Positions 10,431-10,698 of a stretch of 10,698 nt of DNA are shown in pieces; positions within the stretch are counted from its first letter, which is position 1; each line of letters starts with the position of its first letter. The stretch is taken from positions 1 to 10,698 of the forward strand of contig QCDI01000019.1 of assembly GCA_003280965.1 (NCBI GenBank), in the 5' to 3' direction. Below the pieces are notes generated by a model, which saw only the letters and a list, made by a program, of their open reading frames with translations, did no database searches and was not told where the DNA came from. The stretch is from Prochlorococcus sp. AG-355-B18. Its GTDB lineage: Bacteria; Cyanobacteriota; Cyanobacteriia; PCC-6307; Cyanobiaceae. The position numbers and the translations under genes are program-made.

Positions 10431-10479
10431 TAAATTTTACTTTGATATATTAATAGACTCTCACGAAAAGGTATTAAGT

Positions 10480-10677
10480 TCAAACTAATGAAGAAACTAT
10501 CCCTGTAACAAAAACCAAAACAACCCAAACAGCAGCAATAGAGTAAATTTTTCTCCTACTTTCTCGCTGTCCTTCCTCAGTAGAGGGTTGAGTTACGTAT
10601 AAAACGGGTACTCCAACTACAGCAATTAAAGAAGCAAATAATAGAGCATTTACGAAGAAAAAGTTAACAGCCTGCAT
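10480..10677 (-). CDS. psbZ: Photosystem II reaction centre protein Z (Ycf9)
   Basis: 65 aa with two hydrophobic helices, S...VVGVPV.Y in helix 1 and W..LV...GI..S.V in helix 2. Directly upstream of ribH, as in other cyanobacteria. Confidence 0.88.
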   Translation of the reverse strand: MQAVNFFFVNALLFASLIAVVGVPVLYVTQPSTEEGQRESRRKIYSIAAVWVVLVFVTGIVSSLV

Positions 10678-10698
10678 AATTCAGTCTTAAGTTTCAAA

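Noticed and set aside
10279..10488. 69-aa plus-strand ORF
   Set aside because: Antisense to ribH and the psbZ 3' end, with no supporting features.

Overview
An AT-rich (roughly 30% GC by eye), tightly packed core-genome segment of a marine picocyanobacterium, most consistent with a low-GC Prochlorococcus marinus. Gene order: the 5' end of a probable Fluc/CrcB fluoride channel (cut by the window edge and absent from the ORF track), an SH3-like exported protein and gyrB (minus strand); miaA, infC, a PlmA-type GntR regulator and cysE (plus); secA (minus); a GNAT acetyltransferase (plus); and a SnoaL/NTF2-like protein, tRNA-Gly(GCC), ribH and psbZ (minus). I found no mobile element, integrase, CRISPR array, defence system or att-site duplication, and I cannot support a new multi-gene system here. 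The best leads are small-scale: CysE lacks the terminal Ile needed to dock CysK; a TGACA-N10-TGTCA inverted repeat lies upstream of plmA; gyrB may have a structured leader of about 110 nt; infC starts with AUG and has a CGC-rich 5' end; and psbZ-ribH-trnG(GCC) echoes the plastid psbZ-trnG-GCC arrangement.
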